Source: Camelus ferus (taxonomy: Eukaryota). Taken from it: a DNA stretch of 64,000 nt. Within the stretch, counting starts at the first letter, position 1, and every line of letters starts with the position of its first letter. Below are positions 22,716 through 35,900 of the stretch, in pieces. The position numbers and the translations under genes were made by a program. The stretch is taken from contig NC_045700.1 of NCBI RefSeq assembly GCF_009834535.1, positions 93,000,001 through 93,064,000 on the forward strand, in the 5' to 3' direction. The notes under the pieces were generated by a model that saw only the letters and a program-made list of their open reading frames with translations, was not told the origin of the DNA and ran no database searches.

Positions 22716-23712
22716 TTCTAAGAACAGCCTAGAGGAAACTTTATTTACTCTGCAGCCTGCCCACAGCCCAGCCAGGATGGGTGACCAGCTCCATGACTTA
22801 AGAAATTCAATTTCACTGCTCGCAACCTGCATTACAGCCCTGGAACTGCAGATTCCTTCTCTAGCTGCAGATAATCCTCTTGATGCCTACAGCATGTTTG
22901 AGACTTTATTCACCTGTGGTTTCGTATTAAAAAAGAAATGTTCTGTATACGTTTATTATAAAAGTTTCAAGTAGGAGAGAATATACGTAAATCTTAACCC
23001 CCAAAAGAAATATTTTCCAGTTCTCACCCCTTACCCACCCCAAAATTATCTTATAATTCTTAATAACCAGATGTTTACTGCTAAACTAAAATTTCTTTTA
23101 AAACTCTAAAAATGTAGTCTAAAACTCTAAAAAAAATTTGCCCCAAAAAACTCTAAAAATAATTCTAAAAATGTTAAAGTAATATGCAGAATTCCTTAGC
23201 TGAAGGGACTGTGGAAAGGCCTCCTCTACCTGCCCTCATGTTTGAGAGGCTGGAGTTTGGACACAAAATCACACACAGTCTTGCCCAAACCCTGTGGGGT
23301 TTGCTGCCTTTTCTGCAAGTCATGGCAGCGTGAGATGGAGCCACAGTCCTGCAGATGGCAGGGTTCATGGGACCAATAACAGGATGAGCTGGTGACTCAT
23401 TATTCTCCAAGGGGCAGAGCTGGGGCAGCTGGTGTGTCTTCCCTGGACCCTAAACACAACTGTGTGTTTATGTTGAAACCGGGTAGGAACCAACGTTGGA
23501 CTCCTAAACATGAGAGGTCATCACTCCCAAGAAGGAAAAGCCTGGATGAGAGACTTGAGACCTTGCACAAATACTCCAGCCCTGCCTCCAGAAGGAGACG
23601 GTAGTGTCCCCAGATGGAGTGGACAAGTGGTCCTGAGTCACCACTCTCCCTGCAGGAACCCGATACTGACCACAAGGGACAGCTTCCAAGCACCACTTTT
23701 CACTGTGTCTGG

Positions 23713-23807
23713 CCTTCCTTTCTTCCTTCCCTTTCTTCCCCTCTCTCTCTTCCTCCCTTCCTCTCTTCCTCCCTCCCTCCCTCCCTCCCTCCCTTCCTTC
23801 CTTCCTT
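23713..23807 (+). repeat. 95-nt pure pyrimidine tract, (CCTT)/(CCCT)n
   Basis: Read directly; no purines across the interval. Confidence 0.95.
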
Positions 23808-25334
23808 ATGCAAACCAGTAGAGCATCTCCTTTAAATGAAATCTTACGTGGGAGTCCCTATGACTTCTTGCCTCCCAACCCTCCTATCTGGTATTAAAGA
23901 GAAAAGCTACAGGCATCGCTTGTGCTAAAGCCCATGATATCAAACCTAGATTCAATACCTAACCTATCCCAGTGATTTTAAAAAAAAGAAAGAAAGAAAA
24001 GAACCCAACAGAGTGAATTTGAAGACCACCAGAAATGTGACCATCATCAGTCACTCTGGAATTTTCAGGTCAGCACCAGAGAAGCAACCTGTCGCGTGGG
24101 TCCTTCTTTTTACTGTCCACACCCCGCCACCCCCAGGAAGAACAGGCTATCTGCATGATAAAACCCTTGCGTTCCCTTCTCCCCCAAAAAGGAGGCATCC
24201 CAGCCTAAGAACAATCCTTTCTTTTCTTTGTGGGTAGCTCCCTGGCCCCACCCTTATTCCTATAAACCTTCCATTTTCGACCCCTGGGAGCGCCCTTCTG
24301 GTGGCTGGAGGGGAGGGTGCCTGATTCATGAATCGCCTATTAAAGCCAATCAGACCTTCAGATTCACTCGGTTGGATTTCGCTTTTTATACAGCAGAAAA
24401 CTTGTCGGCCTAAGTCACTGACTTGAAGCTACGTTCTGACAGTTGAGCAATATTTGTATGGAAAAGAGCTGTTTGCCTTGGACACTTTTCCGTCTGCAGG
24501 ATCAGGAGCACCTGAAGTCTCCTCCAAGGGCCCACGAGACGTGAAGGACCAAACGTCGCTGAGCCGGGGCAGATGGAAAGAAGAGCAGAAAAGGGAACGT
24601 GGGGAGGAGGCGTGCAGGGCAGGGGCCATCGGGGGCCCCTCGGGCTTGGCAGCCAGACGCCTTGGAGGAGCCGTGTTTCCGCTCTCCTCTCCCGGCCTCG
24701 TGTGCCCGTGGTCAGTCAGATTTCCTTCCTGGCAATAAAGGAAACCTACATGCCTTTGCAGCATTAGGTCATAACAGAAGAGTTACAGGTGAAAACTGAG
24801 AAGCCCGGTGGCTCTGGGTGACACCCGGGAGACACAGTTTTCAAACAGCTAATGGGGTGTCCGATCCCAAATCCCCACATAGCTTCCCCACCCCAGAGGC
24901 CAGGGAACGGTGAGAATCAGGGATTCTCTTTGGGATCAAGTCCTCTGCGAACTACTCTCGAGGACTCCAAGGAAGAGAGGGAGATGAGGCCAGGTGGCTG
25001 GGAGCACAGCTGTGAGGGGCTCTCATGAGACCCAAAACTGGAGGAGCACTTTGTCAGGAGTCCTCTCCCAAACAGGACGAGGCTGTGCAGAAGGCACCAT
25101 CGTGAAGTTCTCGGAGGAGCAGAGTGCCCCTTCGGCCTGAGGCCAGTGCCCTGAAAACAGCTCTGTGGGCGCTGAACTCCGGGAACTTGGAGTCAAAGAA
25201 ATGACTGCTCCTGAGTTTGAGAATGTTGCCCGGGGCCAGGATTTGAGACTGTCATCTCAGAATAAAAGCTTCAAAAGAATCTTTCAGAATTTACCCTTCT
25301 TGTTTCTGCATGTTCTTGTCTTGAAAAAGAAGGA

Positions 25335-26360
25335 AAACAAAAAACAAACCAATTTTAAAATGGGCAAAAGTCCTAAATAGACATTTCTTCGAAGAAGGTA
25401 TACTAACGGCCAAGAAGCAGCTGAAAAGATGCCGAACGTCACGTCAGGGGGAAATGCAGATCAAACTACAGGGCTGCCCGCTCACACATTAGGATGGCTG
25501 CTATCAAAGAAAAACAGAGAAGGGCAGGTGGCGAGTGTGCGGTGGGATTGGAAGCCTTGTGCGCTGATGGTGGGAATGTAAAATGATGCTGCCACTGCGG
25601 AAACAAGTTTGGTGTTTCCTCAAAAAATCCACATAGAATTACTCTGTGATCCAGCAATCCCCCATCTGGGAGTATCCCCAGAAGAACTGAAAGCAGGGTC
25701 TCCAAGCGATATTTATGCACCCATATTAAAGTGTTATTCACAACAGCCAGAAGGCATAAACAACCCAGTGTCCACTGACAATGACTAGCTTAAAAAATGT
25801 GGTATATTTGTACACAAGACCTTGTGGTAGCTCACAGAGAAAAAAATGTGACAATGAATATATGTATGTTCATGTATAACTGAAAAATTGTGCTCTACAC
25901 TGGAATTTGACACAACATTGTAAAATGATTATAAATCAATTAAAAAACATTAAAAATAAAAAAATGTGGTATATTTGATACAATGGAATATTATTCAGCC
26001 TTCAAAGGGAAGGAAATCCAATCACGTGCTACAACATGGATGGACCTTGAGCACATTATAGTAAGTCATATAAACCAGTCACAGAGAGACAAATACTGTG
26101 TGATTTCGCTTACATGAGGTACCTAGAGTAGTCAAATTCACAGAGGCAGAAAGTGGAATGGGGGTTGCCCGGGGATGGGGAAGGAGGGGACAGAGTGTGG
26201 CTGTCTAATGGGTACAGAGTTTCAGTTTGGGAAGATGAAAGAATTCTGGGGCTCTGTTGTCCAACAACGTGACTATATTTAACACCACTGAGCAGTGTAC
26301 TCATAAATGGTGAAGATGGTACATTTAATGTTATGTATTTTTTACTAAAATTAAACTGCT
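25335..26360 (+). mobile_element. Old L1M ORF2 end and 3'UTR
   Basis: aaatgggcaaaagtcctaaatagacatttc, gatccagcaatcccccatctggg, caatggaatattattcagccttcaaaggga, ggtacagagtttcagtttgggaagatgaaa. Confidence 0.9.
25811..25958 (+). mobile_element. Young (camelid-type) L1 3' tip, nested insertion
   Basis: gtagctcacagagaaaaaaatgtgacaatgaatatatgtatgttcatgtataactgaaaaattgtgctctacactggaatttgacac; 19-bp TSD aaaaaatgtggtatatttg at 25792-25810 and 25959-25977. Confidence 0.9.
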
Positions 26361-27689
26361 TAAATCTTTCAGGGAAAAAAAGGCCAAAGTCTAAACATTA
26401 TATAAAGATAAAGGCACAATGACTTACAGCAAAAGGAATACACATTACTCATAGTTGGTGCTATTGAATAAAGGAGGAAATATAGAAAAATGAAAGGTAA
26501 AATGTGCTTAGTGATAAAGAACGGGGAAATTAACATGAACGAAAGCAAAAAAAAAAAAAAAAAAAAAAAGTAGTAAAAACAGACCACAAGAAGGTTTTAT
26601 TGTTAGCTTTTGAAAGACTTAAATATTGTGTGCCAGATGGCCATTCTCACAAGCTGTATAGGTTGACGCCCCCAATGTAGATGTTACCAGCTCCTCTGTG
26701 CTTTCATGGCTCCCAGCTATCTCCCCACGACACTGTCATCCCCATTAGAGCCGGGGTTGCCTCTGTTTCTCTTAACATGGTACCTACAGACCACCTGCAC
26801 CATAAAAGACAACTTAACAAATATTTTGTTGACTGAATGATTTATTAATTGACTGAATGCATGCACACAGAAAAGGATACACAAACCGCACTGATGCACC
26901 CCTCTTGAGAGTGTAAATCGGTGTTGCATTCTAGAAGCGCAATTTAGCAAAATCTCTCGACATCTCTAAAGCACATACCCTTTAACTCAGAAATTCTCCT
27001 CCCAGAAATTTATCCTGCAGAGATACTCCCACAAATGGGCAAAAATGTAAGCATGGATGCATCATTTGCAAACAAGAAATTCTGAAAACCATATAAATGT
27101 TTAAATAAATTACAGTATATTCACATGATGGAACACTATGTAGTCATTAAGGTACGTCCTATTCAAATCCCATTTTCAAATTTAAAAGGCAACTTGTTGA
27201 AGAATGTACTTAGGATAATTCCAACTGTGATTTTTTAAACAGCTTGTACTGAAAGAGAAAGTCTATAAGAAAAGCTGTCTCAGGGGTGGACTGTGTTTAA
27301 GAGAGGAAAACAACTTCTGCTTTTCAGGATATGCCCATCCGTGCTCTGAATTTTTTTTTTTTACCATAATCAGGTATTAATTTTATAATACAAAGATTAG
27401 TATGAAACAGTTCTCTAGCCTGGAACATTAAAGCGTAGAAAATATATCCACTGGAAGTTGGGATGCTGCCCGTCTGTATAAGCCACACTTACTCAAATAG
27501 TTCTCTGTAACCGAGGAGCCACTTCAGCATCGTCTGAATGCCAAGTCAACGTACAAGGAAGACTGCTCCTTTTGATACTGGCCATCAGCCCTACAAGGTC
27601 ATGTTATATGAAGGGTTTTAAGTCTTCATTTTATTGTAAGTAATATCTTCTTTTTGGGGAAGGGAGTGGGAATGGCAGTAGGGGTAGAT

Positions 27690-27970
27690 AAACTTGTGGA
27701 GTTCTGCAGTACCTGAATTTGTCAGGAGAGTCTCAGCTATGCTGCAAGAACAAATAAGCCCTCCATAAAGGTTGGCTTCTCACAACGCAGGTTGGGCAGC
27801 CCGCTTACTTACTTCTGTGGCTTCCGAGGTCATTGTGGCAGGAGAAGAGAGCTGGAGAATCTGGAGGGATGTTCTTAACGTTGGGCTTGGAAGTGGCTCA
27901 CACAACTTCTGCCCGCATCCCGTGAGCTGAACCCAGTCACGACTTCACCTAAGGGGAGACGGGGAAAGGC
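27690..27970. mobile_element. Old MaLR (MLT1H-K-like) LTR fragment
   Basis: gggcttggaagtggctcacacaacttctgcccgcatcccgtgagctgaacccagtcacgac. Confidence 0.55.
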
Positions 27971-28139
27971 AGACAAGAGGAACGGTGGTCAGTCACCACC
28001 AGTCACAGCCCCCGTACCCTAACGTGTCTTATGATCTTAGTATCTGCTAATGTCCCTGTGAAGTTGTTATCCCCTTTTAGGCGACAAGGACATGGATCCT
28101 TTGTCTGGCATCACCAAGAAGCCAGAGGGCAGGGCATCC

Positions 28140-28360
28140 GTGTTGATCAAGCTTGTATCACGTGCCAAGTGCTGAGTGCCACAGGCTTGAAGTGTGTGAC
28201 CTTACACACGTCTCACAGGTGCTTGCCATTCTTCCCCTTTTAAAGGTGAGGAAGCAGGCGCGGAGGTGAGTAATTCCTTCAGACCGACGGCTGCCGAGGA
28301 AAGAGCTCTCGTGAGAGCCCAGGTCTTCAGACCCTGAACCTGAGCGCTACCTGCCACGCC
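28140..28360 (-). mobile_element. MIR SINE
   Basis: cgtgccaagtgctgagtgcc, ttttaaaggtgaggaagcaggcgcggaggtgagtaa, cccaggtcttcagacc. Confidence 0.6.
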
Positions 28361-29186
28361 AAGTGGCAGCCCCTCCCCTGCCCCAATTACTTAGTTACTG
28401 CCGTCTCACCCCGCCCCCCACCCCCAGCGCTGAGCTGTGGTAGGAGCAAAGGGGCCTCAGCTCTACCAGTGGGAAGGGACCAGGCTCCGTCTTACCCTCC
28501 CGGGGTGCCTCTGCCCGCCCCCTTAGCCGGGACTAAGCGAGAGCTCACCCAGCTTTCCTGATTCAAACGCAAGTTCCCTGCTGAGACCTGGGCCCATCTC
28601 TGAATCCCACTGGCCTCAGGGCCTGAAAGTCTGTAAAGACCTGTCAGTCCACTCTTTCTCTCCAGACCCCCTGCCACGACTGTCAGGCTGAAGGCCAGGG
28701 CCCTGGACCCCCTGGCCCAGCACTCCCCCAACCTCTAGCTCTTACGGAAGGTATCAAAGGTATCAAAATCTTACCTCCCTCAGACTCAGCCAAGCAGGAA
28801 ACAGGTTTGTGATCCCTCATGGGTGTGGTCTATGTCTCATAGCCACCTAAGCCAGGGTTCCAGGGAACCAGCCCCAACCACACGCGGGAGCAGTCCGACG
28901 CCTCCCATCTCCACCTCCTGCCTTGAAGAGATAACCCCCCTGCCTCCTGATTCCGGCATCAGTCCACGGCGGGGAGCGCAAGCCAACTTGGATGTGGTCA
29001 GGAGGTCTGAGGTCTTGACACCCCTCCCTCATTCCCTGAGCCCTGCCTACTGTGTCCCCCCACTAGTGAGAGCCCTGCACCTCCAAACTGTCTTTATGGA
29101 ACTCGACTTATCCAAATATTGCCTATAATATAATCCATGGTCCAATGTAGAGATTTATAAATTGCTAGGGAAACAAAACGCCATTT

Positions 29187-29336
29187 AAAAATTTTTTACT
29201 TATTTACGTTTTTAGGGGGTGAGGCAATTAGGTTTATTTATTTAATTATTTTTTAATGGAGGTACTGGGGATTGAACCCAGGACCTCGTGCATGCAAAGC
29301 ATGAACTCTACTGCTTGAGCTATACCCTCCCCTTCC
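29187..29336 (-). mobile_element. tRNA-Ala-derived SINE, long form
   Basis: Minus strand ggggagggtatagctcaagcagtagagttcatgctttgcatgcacgaggtcctgggttcaatccccagtacctcca plus tail ataaataaacctaattgcctcaccccc; TSD aaacgccattt at 29176-29186 and 29337-29347. Confidence 0.93.
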
Positions 29337-31049
29337 AAACGCCATTTTTAAGGAAACAGAGCTGAGTGGAAAAGAGTTTAGGCCAATTCCAGCGTGATTG
29401 TGGGGAGGTGGTTTCAAGGTTGCAGAGGACCCTACTCTTTCGTCTGCGTAGCAGCCCCTTCCTCTGCTGGGACCAAACTTCCTCCACTTTGCCCATCTGT
29501 GTGGTCCACTGGGAGCATCCAGGTTCATACATCACGATCCTGGGAAGCTAACCCCAGCCAGGCTAAAGAGATCTCTGTGTGGGGAGAAGATGCTGGGGAC
29601 CCATTAGTGTTGTGAACTCCTGGTATTAACAAGGACGATTCTAATCTGAAATTTACCAAGATTACGTATAATGTATATGTAATTTGGAAGTGAGAAGTCC
29701 CATGTCAGCCTGACACTTGTCTTGAATGAAGCCAAGGTCTACATGGGAGCTGCTGGGGGCGCCATTTTGAAGTGTGTTGAGCAGGACAATGGCTCCTCTG
29801 CAGCAGAGGAAAGACTGACAAAGAAACCAAGGAGTGGAGAAACCAGAGTTCTTGGGTGTGGTCTCCCGTGAGCGCTGGGGCCTAGGTCCGTTTCACCCTG
29901 ACACTCAGGACCTCCAGGCTGTGGGCTCACAGAGGCTCCTCGTGCCTTTAAAATGAATTTTCCTTCTTGTGTAAGCAGCGCATGTGACCTGCTAGGCTTT
30001 GCAACCAAAATTCCTGAGAAATACAAGCTGTCATTGAGAAAGACCAGCATTGATCAGTTAGGCATCCGGATTTTCCTTCAATCAAGGAGTTTCAGAGATT
30101 TCGCGTAAATTGTGAACAAATTAATTTGGCAGCCAGGCAGCAACTATTTATCTTCCTTGAAATTATTTACTGTTCTGACCAAGCTTTCCCAGAATTGGCA
30201 AATTAGTCGATTAAATCAATTTTGTTAACTGTACACACGGCAAAATCTATCGGCAGCACCAAGTGAATTGCTGTTTTCTAGGTAATTGTCTTTGACGTTT
30301 TGGCATTCTGAATTTCGAGCAGAATCTGCCAGTCTTTCTCAGCCCTAAGTAGCCAGGTCTCCAGTTTCCTGAATTTCAAACTTGGGTGGTTGATTTTTGA
30401 ACCACAGTGGGAACATGTATACCTGATCGCTTGCCCGAAATTTAGCAGGAAGGAGGAAATTGGCTGAAAAGAAATTCAGTGAATTCTGCCTTGGCTTCTC
30501 CCCAGGGACGTGCGTTTCTGGAAGGTGTTTGTGTGGGCGTGTGCAGGTCTACTCCGCACACATTCACCTCGCCCCTGCTGTCTGCCAGGCCCTGGGCCAG
30601 CTGCCAGGTACTCACAGATAGATGGGACAGTGTCTCCAGGAGGGCCATCAGGGCCGTCAGGAAGACAGATCATGCTACCACGTGACACGTCCAAAAGGAG
30701 CACAGTCGTTGGGCACAGAGAAGGGAGTAAGGCAGCCTGCCAGACCGACCTGGGCAAACCACAGAGAAGAGTGGGCGTGGGGGAGCAGGGCCCTGATGGT
30801 GGAATAGGAGGTCTGCCAAGCAGACAGGAGTGGGAAGAACATTCCAGGAAGGAGAGAAGGATGAATAAAGGCATGGTGCTGAGAAGGCACTCAGGGGACT
30901 TGAAAAACTGCTGGTAGACTGGGGTCCTGAATGAGCCAGACCCCAGGGCCCACCAAGGACAGAAAGTAAATTGCTTGCTTGCTTGCTTTCCTTTTTCTTC
31001 TTTCTTTCTTTCCCTCTTTCTTTCTTTCTTTTTTCTTTCATCTTTTTTG

Positions 31050-31760
31050 TTTGTTTAATAACAGCTTCATTGATGTATAACACACACACCAAAAAATTCA
31101 CCTATGTAAGTGTACAATTTAGTGGTTTTTCATACATTCACAATGTTGTACAACCATCTCCACTGTCTTATTTTAAAATATTTCGTCACTCTAAGAAGAA
31201 ATTCTGTATTCATTAGCAGTCACTCGCTCTCCTCGCCAGCCCCTGGAAACCGCTAATAGATTTGTCTATAGATTTGACTATTTTGGACATTTCATATAAA
31301 TAAAGTCATACAATATGCGGTCTCTTGTGACTAGCCTGTTTCACTTAGCACCACGTTTTCCAAGTTCACCCATGTTGTAGCCTGAAGCAGTGCTTCATTC
31401 CTTTTTGTTGTCAAATCATATTCCATCGTATGGATAGACCACATTGTGTTTATCCACTCAGCCACTGATGGACATTTAGGCTATTTTCACTTTGGGGCTC
31501 TTACGGGTAATACATCCGTGAACATTCACGTGCAAGTTTTGTGTGGACATAATGTTTTTATTTCTCTTGGGTGCATGCCAGCAAGTGGGCTCGCTGGGCG
31601 TGCGGCGACCCTTTAACCTTTCCAGGAGCTGCCTGACTGCTTTCCAAGGTGGATGCGTTCTTTCACCCTCCCACCAACCACAGAACAGGTGGATAAAGGT
31701 GGTGGCGGGGTGAGTGAGGGGGAGAGGGCATCTTCCCCTCCCCCCAGAAGGAGACATTGA
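31050..31760 (-). mobile_element. L1MB-type 3'UTR and ORF2 end
   Basis: aagtgtacaatttagtgg, cccctggaaaccgctaat, tcatattccatcgtatggatagaccacattgtg, ctgactgctttccaaggtgg. Confidence 0.88.
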
Positions 31761-32328
31761 CATGTGAGCCTGGGCCTAAGCGTGCAAAGTATCTGGGGTT
31801 TGGGGGGAGTGAGTGAAATTGCAGTCAAGCAGAATCCACATGGGGAGGAGCAGGATGGCTAGTGGTGAGAAAGGGCTCCTCGGAGTCCCTGCTGCCCCAC
31901 TGTCCTCAGCTGTGTTTGACTGAATGTGATGGAGAGACTCCTAAGTGGTGCCTCAGGCCTCCCCACTCCCCGACGGCCTCCTGGCGTGAATGACTTTTCT
32001 CATTCACAGTCAGCTCATGGACAAATGAAGAGAGCACTGTCTAACCAACGCCATCGACCCTCCCACCCAGGCATGCCGAGCAGGGTGGCGGGGTTCAGGC
32101 CGGTTCCGCAGAGCTGGTGGGGAGCAGAGCCCCTCCGTATCCACTCCCGGGCCAGGGCAGGCTCCCTGCAGGGCTCTGTGTCTCTTTCGCCCCCTCACCT
32201 CCTCTTGGGCAGCCCTGGAGCTGGCTGGGTGTTCCTGACTTCACTGGCTGCTGGTTCTCAGGGCAACAGTCTAAAAGGTGTATGCCTTTTCAGTAAATAT
32301 GTATACAAAAGTCCACATATATCATATA

Positions 32329-32702
32329 TGTTGTAAACTGAATGTCTGTGTCCCCCTCCCAAATGCATATATTGAAGCTCTAAACCCCCAATGGGATGGT
32401 GTTTGGAGAAGAGGCCTTTGGGAGAGGCCTCTTAGGGAGAGATGAGCTCAAAGCTGGGGCCCCGATGTGATTATAGACACCAGGGTTCTCGACCTCTCCC
32501 CAGTTACACACAAGGAAGAGGTCATGGGAGCACACCGTGAGAGGGTGGCTTCCTGCAAACCACAGGAAGAGGCTCGGCATGAAACTTACCTTGCGGGACC
32601 TTGACCTTGGACTTCGAGCTTTCAGAACTGTGAGAAAAGCATGTCTGTGGTTTAAAGCCACCCCGTCTACGGAATTCCATAATGGTAGCCCAAGCTAACA
32701 CA
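32329..32702 (+). mobile_element. MLT1A-type MaLR solo LTR
   Basis: Start tgttgtaaactgaatgtctgtgtcccctcccaaatgcatatattgaagctc; end ctgtggtttaaagccaccc...agcccaagctaacaca. Confidence 0.9.
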
Positions 32703-32785
32703 ATGCATACACAAAAATATTTGCTTCTTGGCATTCCTCATTGTGTGTGTGTGTAAGTTGTCTTTTCATTTTGCTGATGGGGTTC

Positions 32786-32935
32786 TTTTTTTTTTTTAAT
32801 TGAAGCACAGTCGGTTACAACATGTCAATGTCTGGTGCACAGCACAATGTCCCGGTCATACATGTACATACATAAATTCATTTTCTTAGTCTTTTCCATT
32901 ATAGGCCATTACAAGATATTGAGTATAGTTCCCTT
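32786..32935 (-). mobile_element. L1 3' tip
   Basis: T tail, aattgaagcacagtc, gtcatacatgtacatacata, acaagatattgagtatagttccc. Confidence 0.85.
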
Positions 32936-35900
32936 GGCATTACTCTTAAAGTATTTCATTGTAGTTGTGCCAAAAAATGTGAAATTATAAAAATATAGAA
33001 ATGATAAAATTTCTCTTTGTGGTTTATCAGCTTCTAAGGCAACAGTTAATTTTTTAAGTTGTCTTCAAAGAAATCTCTGTCCCGTATGGGAGACACTGCC
33101 GAGACTGCTGCACTCAGCGAGCTCGTTTCACATGGTCACACCAGCTCCTTGCTTCTGGAGTCTTCCAGAGCTTCCTCGTGATCACACGGGCCTTCTGACG
33201 TGTTTTCAGCTCTGACTCTGTGTGGAGCACGGTACATGTAAGAACACGTCAACATTCAGTATTTTTCATTTTGTTATTTTTCAACTTCAGACTGACCTCC
33301 AAAGCACTACATTGATTTTCTCATTGGAGACGTGCATGTTTTCAAAGACCATCATGTTTTGAGTGTCTTAAAGACACGTTTCCATGGTGAGTCTGCTGCC
33401 CACTGGGTCTAAGAAATGCAAAGCTGGACGTCGGCTTAGCCTGCCTCTTTTAGAGAAGATCTTGAACACCACGTGGAAAATAAGGTGGTGAAGCTGAGCG
33501 TCCTCTTTGAAGCTATTGATACAAAAGATCTTCACGCAGACGCTGCAGGTTATTTGAGCGTGAACAACACTCTTTGCCTACATTGAACATGCCGTAGTCT
33601 TTGGCTCCGTTTTGATAGCAAGCCGCTTTATCAGGCCTCACGTAGTTTACACGGGACTTTTTCAAGGCACAATTGCTTTTAGGAGGCGCACTTGTGGGAT
33701 ATGCTATCCCCAAGAGAAATAGAAAAGTCTTCTCCTAACTGCTTGCACGGTAGGAAATTTTCATAAATGTCCTCAATAGCTACACTATCAGAAAACCGAG
33801 AAAAGTTATATAATTGCCCATCCTGATGGCTTGAGAATTTTCAGGTGCTGAGGGATTGGTCAGACCTGCACTGGCGCCCACGTGCTGTGCCAAGACAGTT
33901 TCACCGAGGCCCGCTGACCGGAGCACCCAGCCACCAGTACCTTCAGAATCTGTGTCTTGTTCCCAGTAATCTGCCCTCTCAACCAGAGGATGCTAGAGCC
34001 CAGAGGAAATCACAGACTCAGAATGTCAGCGATGAGAAGGACCTCTGGCGTCACACATCCAACCCTTTTATAGACGGGCATGGAGGACGGCAGAGATGCG
34101 AACTGACCTGCCAAGGACAGTCAGCGAGTTAGCGGCTGAGCTGGGGGAGGGGTGCCTCCTGGTCTCCTGACTTCCAGGCTACTGCGCTTCCCCCACCCCC
34201 AGTGGCCTCCTGGCAACTTGCACCGTCCACTGCATCACAGGGCCCCCGGAAAGGGGCGGCAGTCAGGCACAACCAGGCTGCCCTCAGCATCCTGGGGCTC
34301 CTGCCTCTGGCGCTTTTGATGGAGCCGGCCCAGCTGGGGCATCCGCTGCATGAAGCCCCACTTAGCCAATAGCTGTATTAGTCACTTAATTAAATGGGAA
34401 GACACACCCGCCACCCCTGCCCTTCAATTATTTCTATGCATCCTGTTCCCGGGGTGTTTTGACACCTCCTCCCTCCCCCTGCTCCACCCAACACCCACAC
34501 CCACCCCTCCAGCAAGGAATTCATGCACATGTGAGCTGTTTTCACAGTAAGAAGGCAAGTTTCCAAACAAGAGGTGCAGCTACTAGGAAACAAAGAAAGA
34601 AGGATGCTTTCGCTGTGTCTGAAGAGCCAGAGCTGACATAGCCTCCTGGGCGACCATGGCGTCGCGCTCGACGGACACTTGGGAAGAGAGAGGAACAGTC
34701 CCTTGTGAGCGGGGAGGGCACCTCACTTTGGCTTCCCAGCTCCAGCAAATAAACACTCAGCCAGCACCCGCTGCGGGCAAGTCCCCGGCGGTGACGGGAA
34801 ACAGATGGAGAGACGTGTCTCCAAGTAAAGCGCGTTTCCTCGTGGAAGGCAGGAGGTGCTCTCACGCAGACCGGTGGCCCGGCTCAGGTTTCGCCTGCAG
34901 GATGGAGTCCCTCTCTGGAGCAGGACGAGCTGGAGCCCCTGGAACGCAGCATCAGCAGGGCTGGCCTGTGTGCAGGGCCCCTCAGCAAATGCTCAGTCAT
35001 GGCTCGGGGATAACTCGGGGCTCTCCTTTGGGGTCAGGTTTGGAGGCTCTGGGACGCCCTGAAGCCCCGTTTGCATAGGAAGCCCTAAATTCCATGCAGA
35101 GGGTCTGCGAGGATTTGGAGCCCAGGTTGACTCGCCTGCTTTGGGGTTAAGATACTCCAAGTCTGAACAAACAGCAGGAGGAAACAGGCACCTCCCAGTA
35201 AGGCCTGAGCAGGACACTTCGAGAAAGAAGGACACTCACTGCGAGCGGAGGACCCTGAGGGGCAGCGACCTGCCAGCTCACCTGGCCCACAGGGCTCTTT
35301 CCAGCTGTCCAGTCTGTCCCCACCCAAGATGTCCAGTGCCATATTGTACGGGTTCCTGATGCCCTCCACCCAGTCACGGAATCCATCTTTGTCCCTCCTG
35401 AGCGGACTTGCATGGCACACCTAACTTCCTGCAAACCCTCCCAACGTCAACCTGGTGACTCACCCCGTCTGCCGCCCTCCCTCCCTCCCTAATCCTGCTC
35501 CTGGAGCCTTCCTTCATCAGTCAGGATTGCCCGCAGGGTTACAGCCTGGGCCTCCTCTGGGTAGCTCTCACCCAGTCTGGTCCAGGCCCCAGGGTCCCCA
35601 ACCTCTAAAAACTCTCATCTGGCTTGAGCTCAGCAGAGTCAGTAGCAACCCAGGGTGACCAGCAGGAGCTGAACAAGAGAAGGAGTGGCAGGTGCCAACG
35701 AGGAGTGGCGACATGGAGCCTGGGAAGAGCAAACGTGGCTGCATCCGTCGGGGAGAGGCATGTGGCGATGGGGTCTGGGCCAGCGTGGGGCACAGCAGGG
35801 TTACAAGGGACTGGACCCGAACAGAGCAGGACAGGTGGCAGCCAGCCTGCCTGCCTCTGTCCTGAGTCGGAGGGAGGAGCGCCAGAACATCTCAAAAGCG

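Noticed and set aside
29258-29332. Functional tRNA-Ala gene (also 3278 and 45729)
   Set aside because: Altered 5' end (ggggagggt), stem mismatches, SINE tail and TSDs show these are retroposed SINEs.
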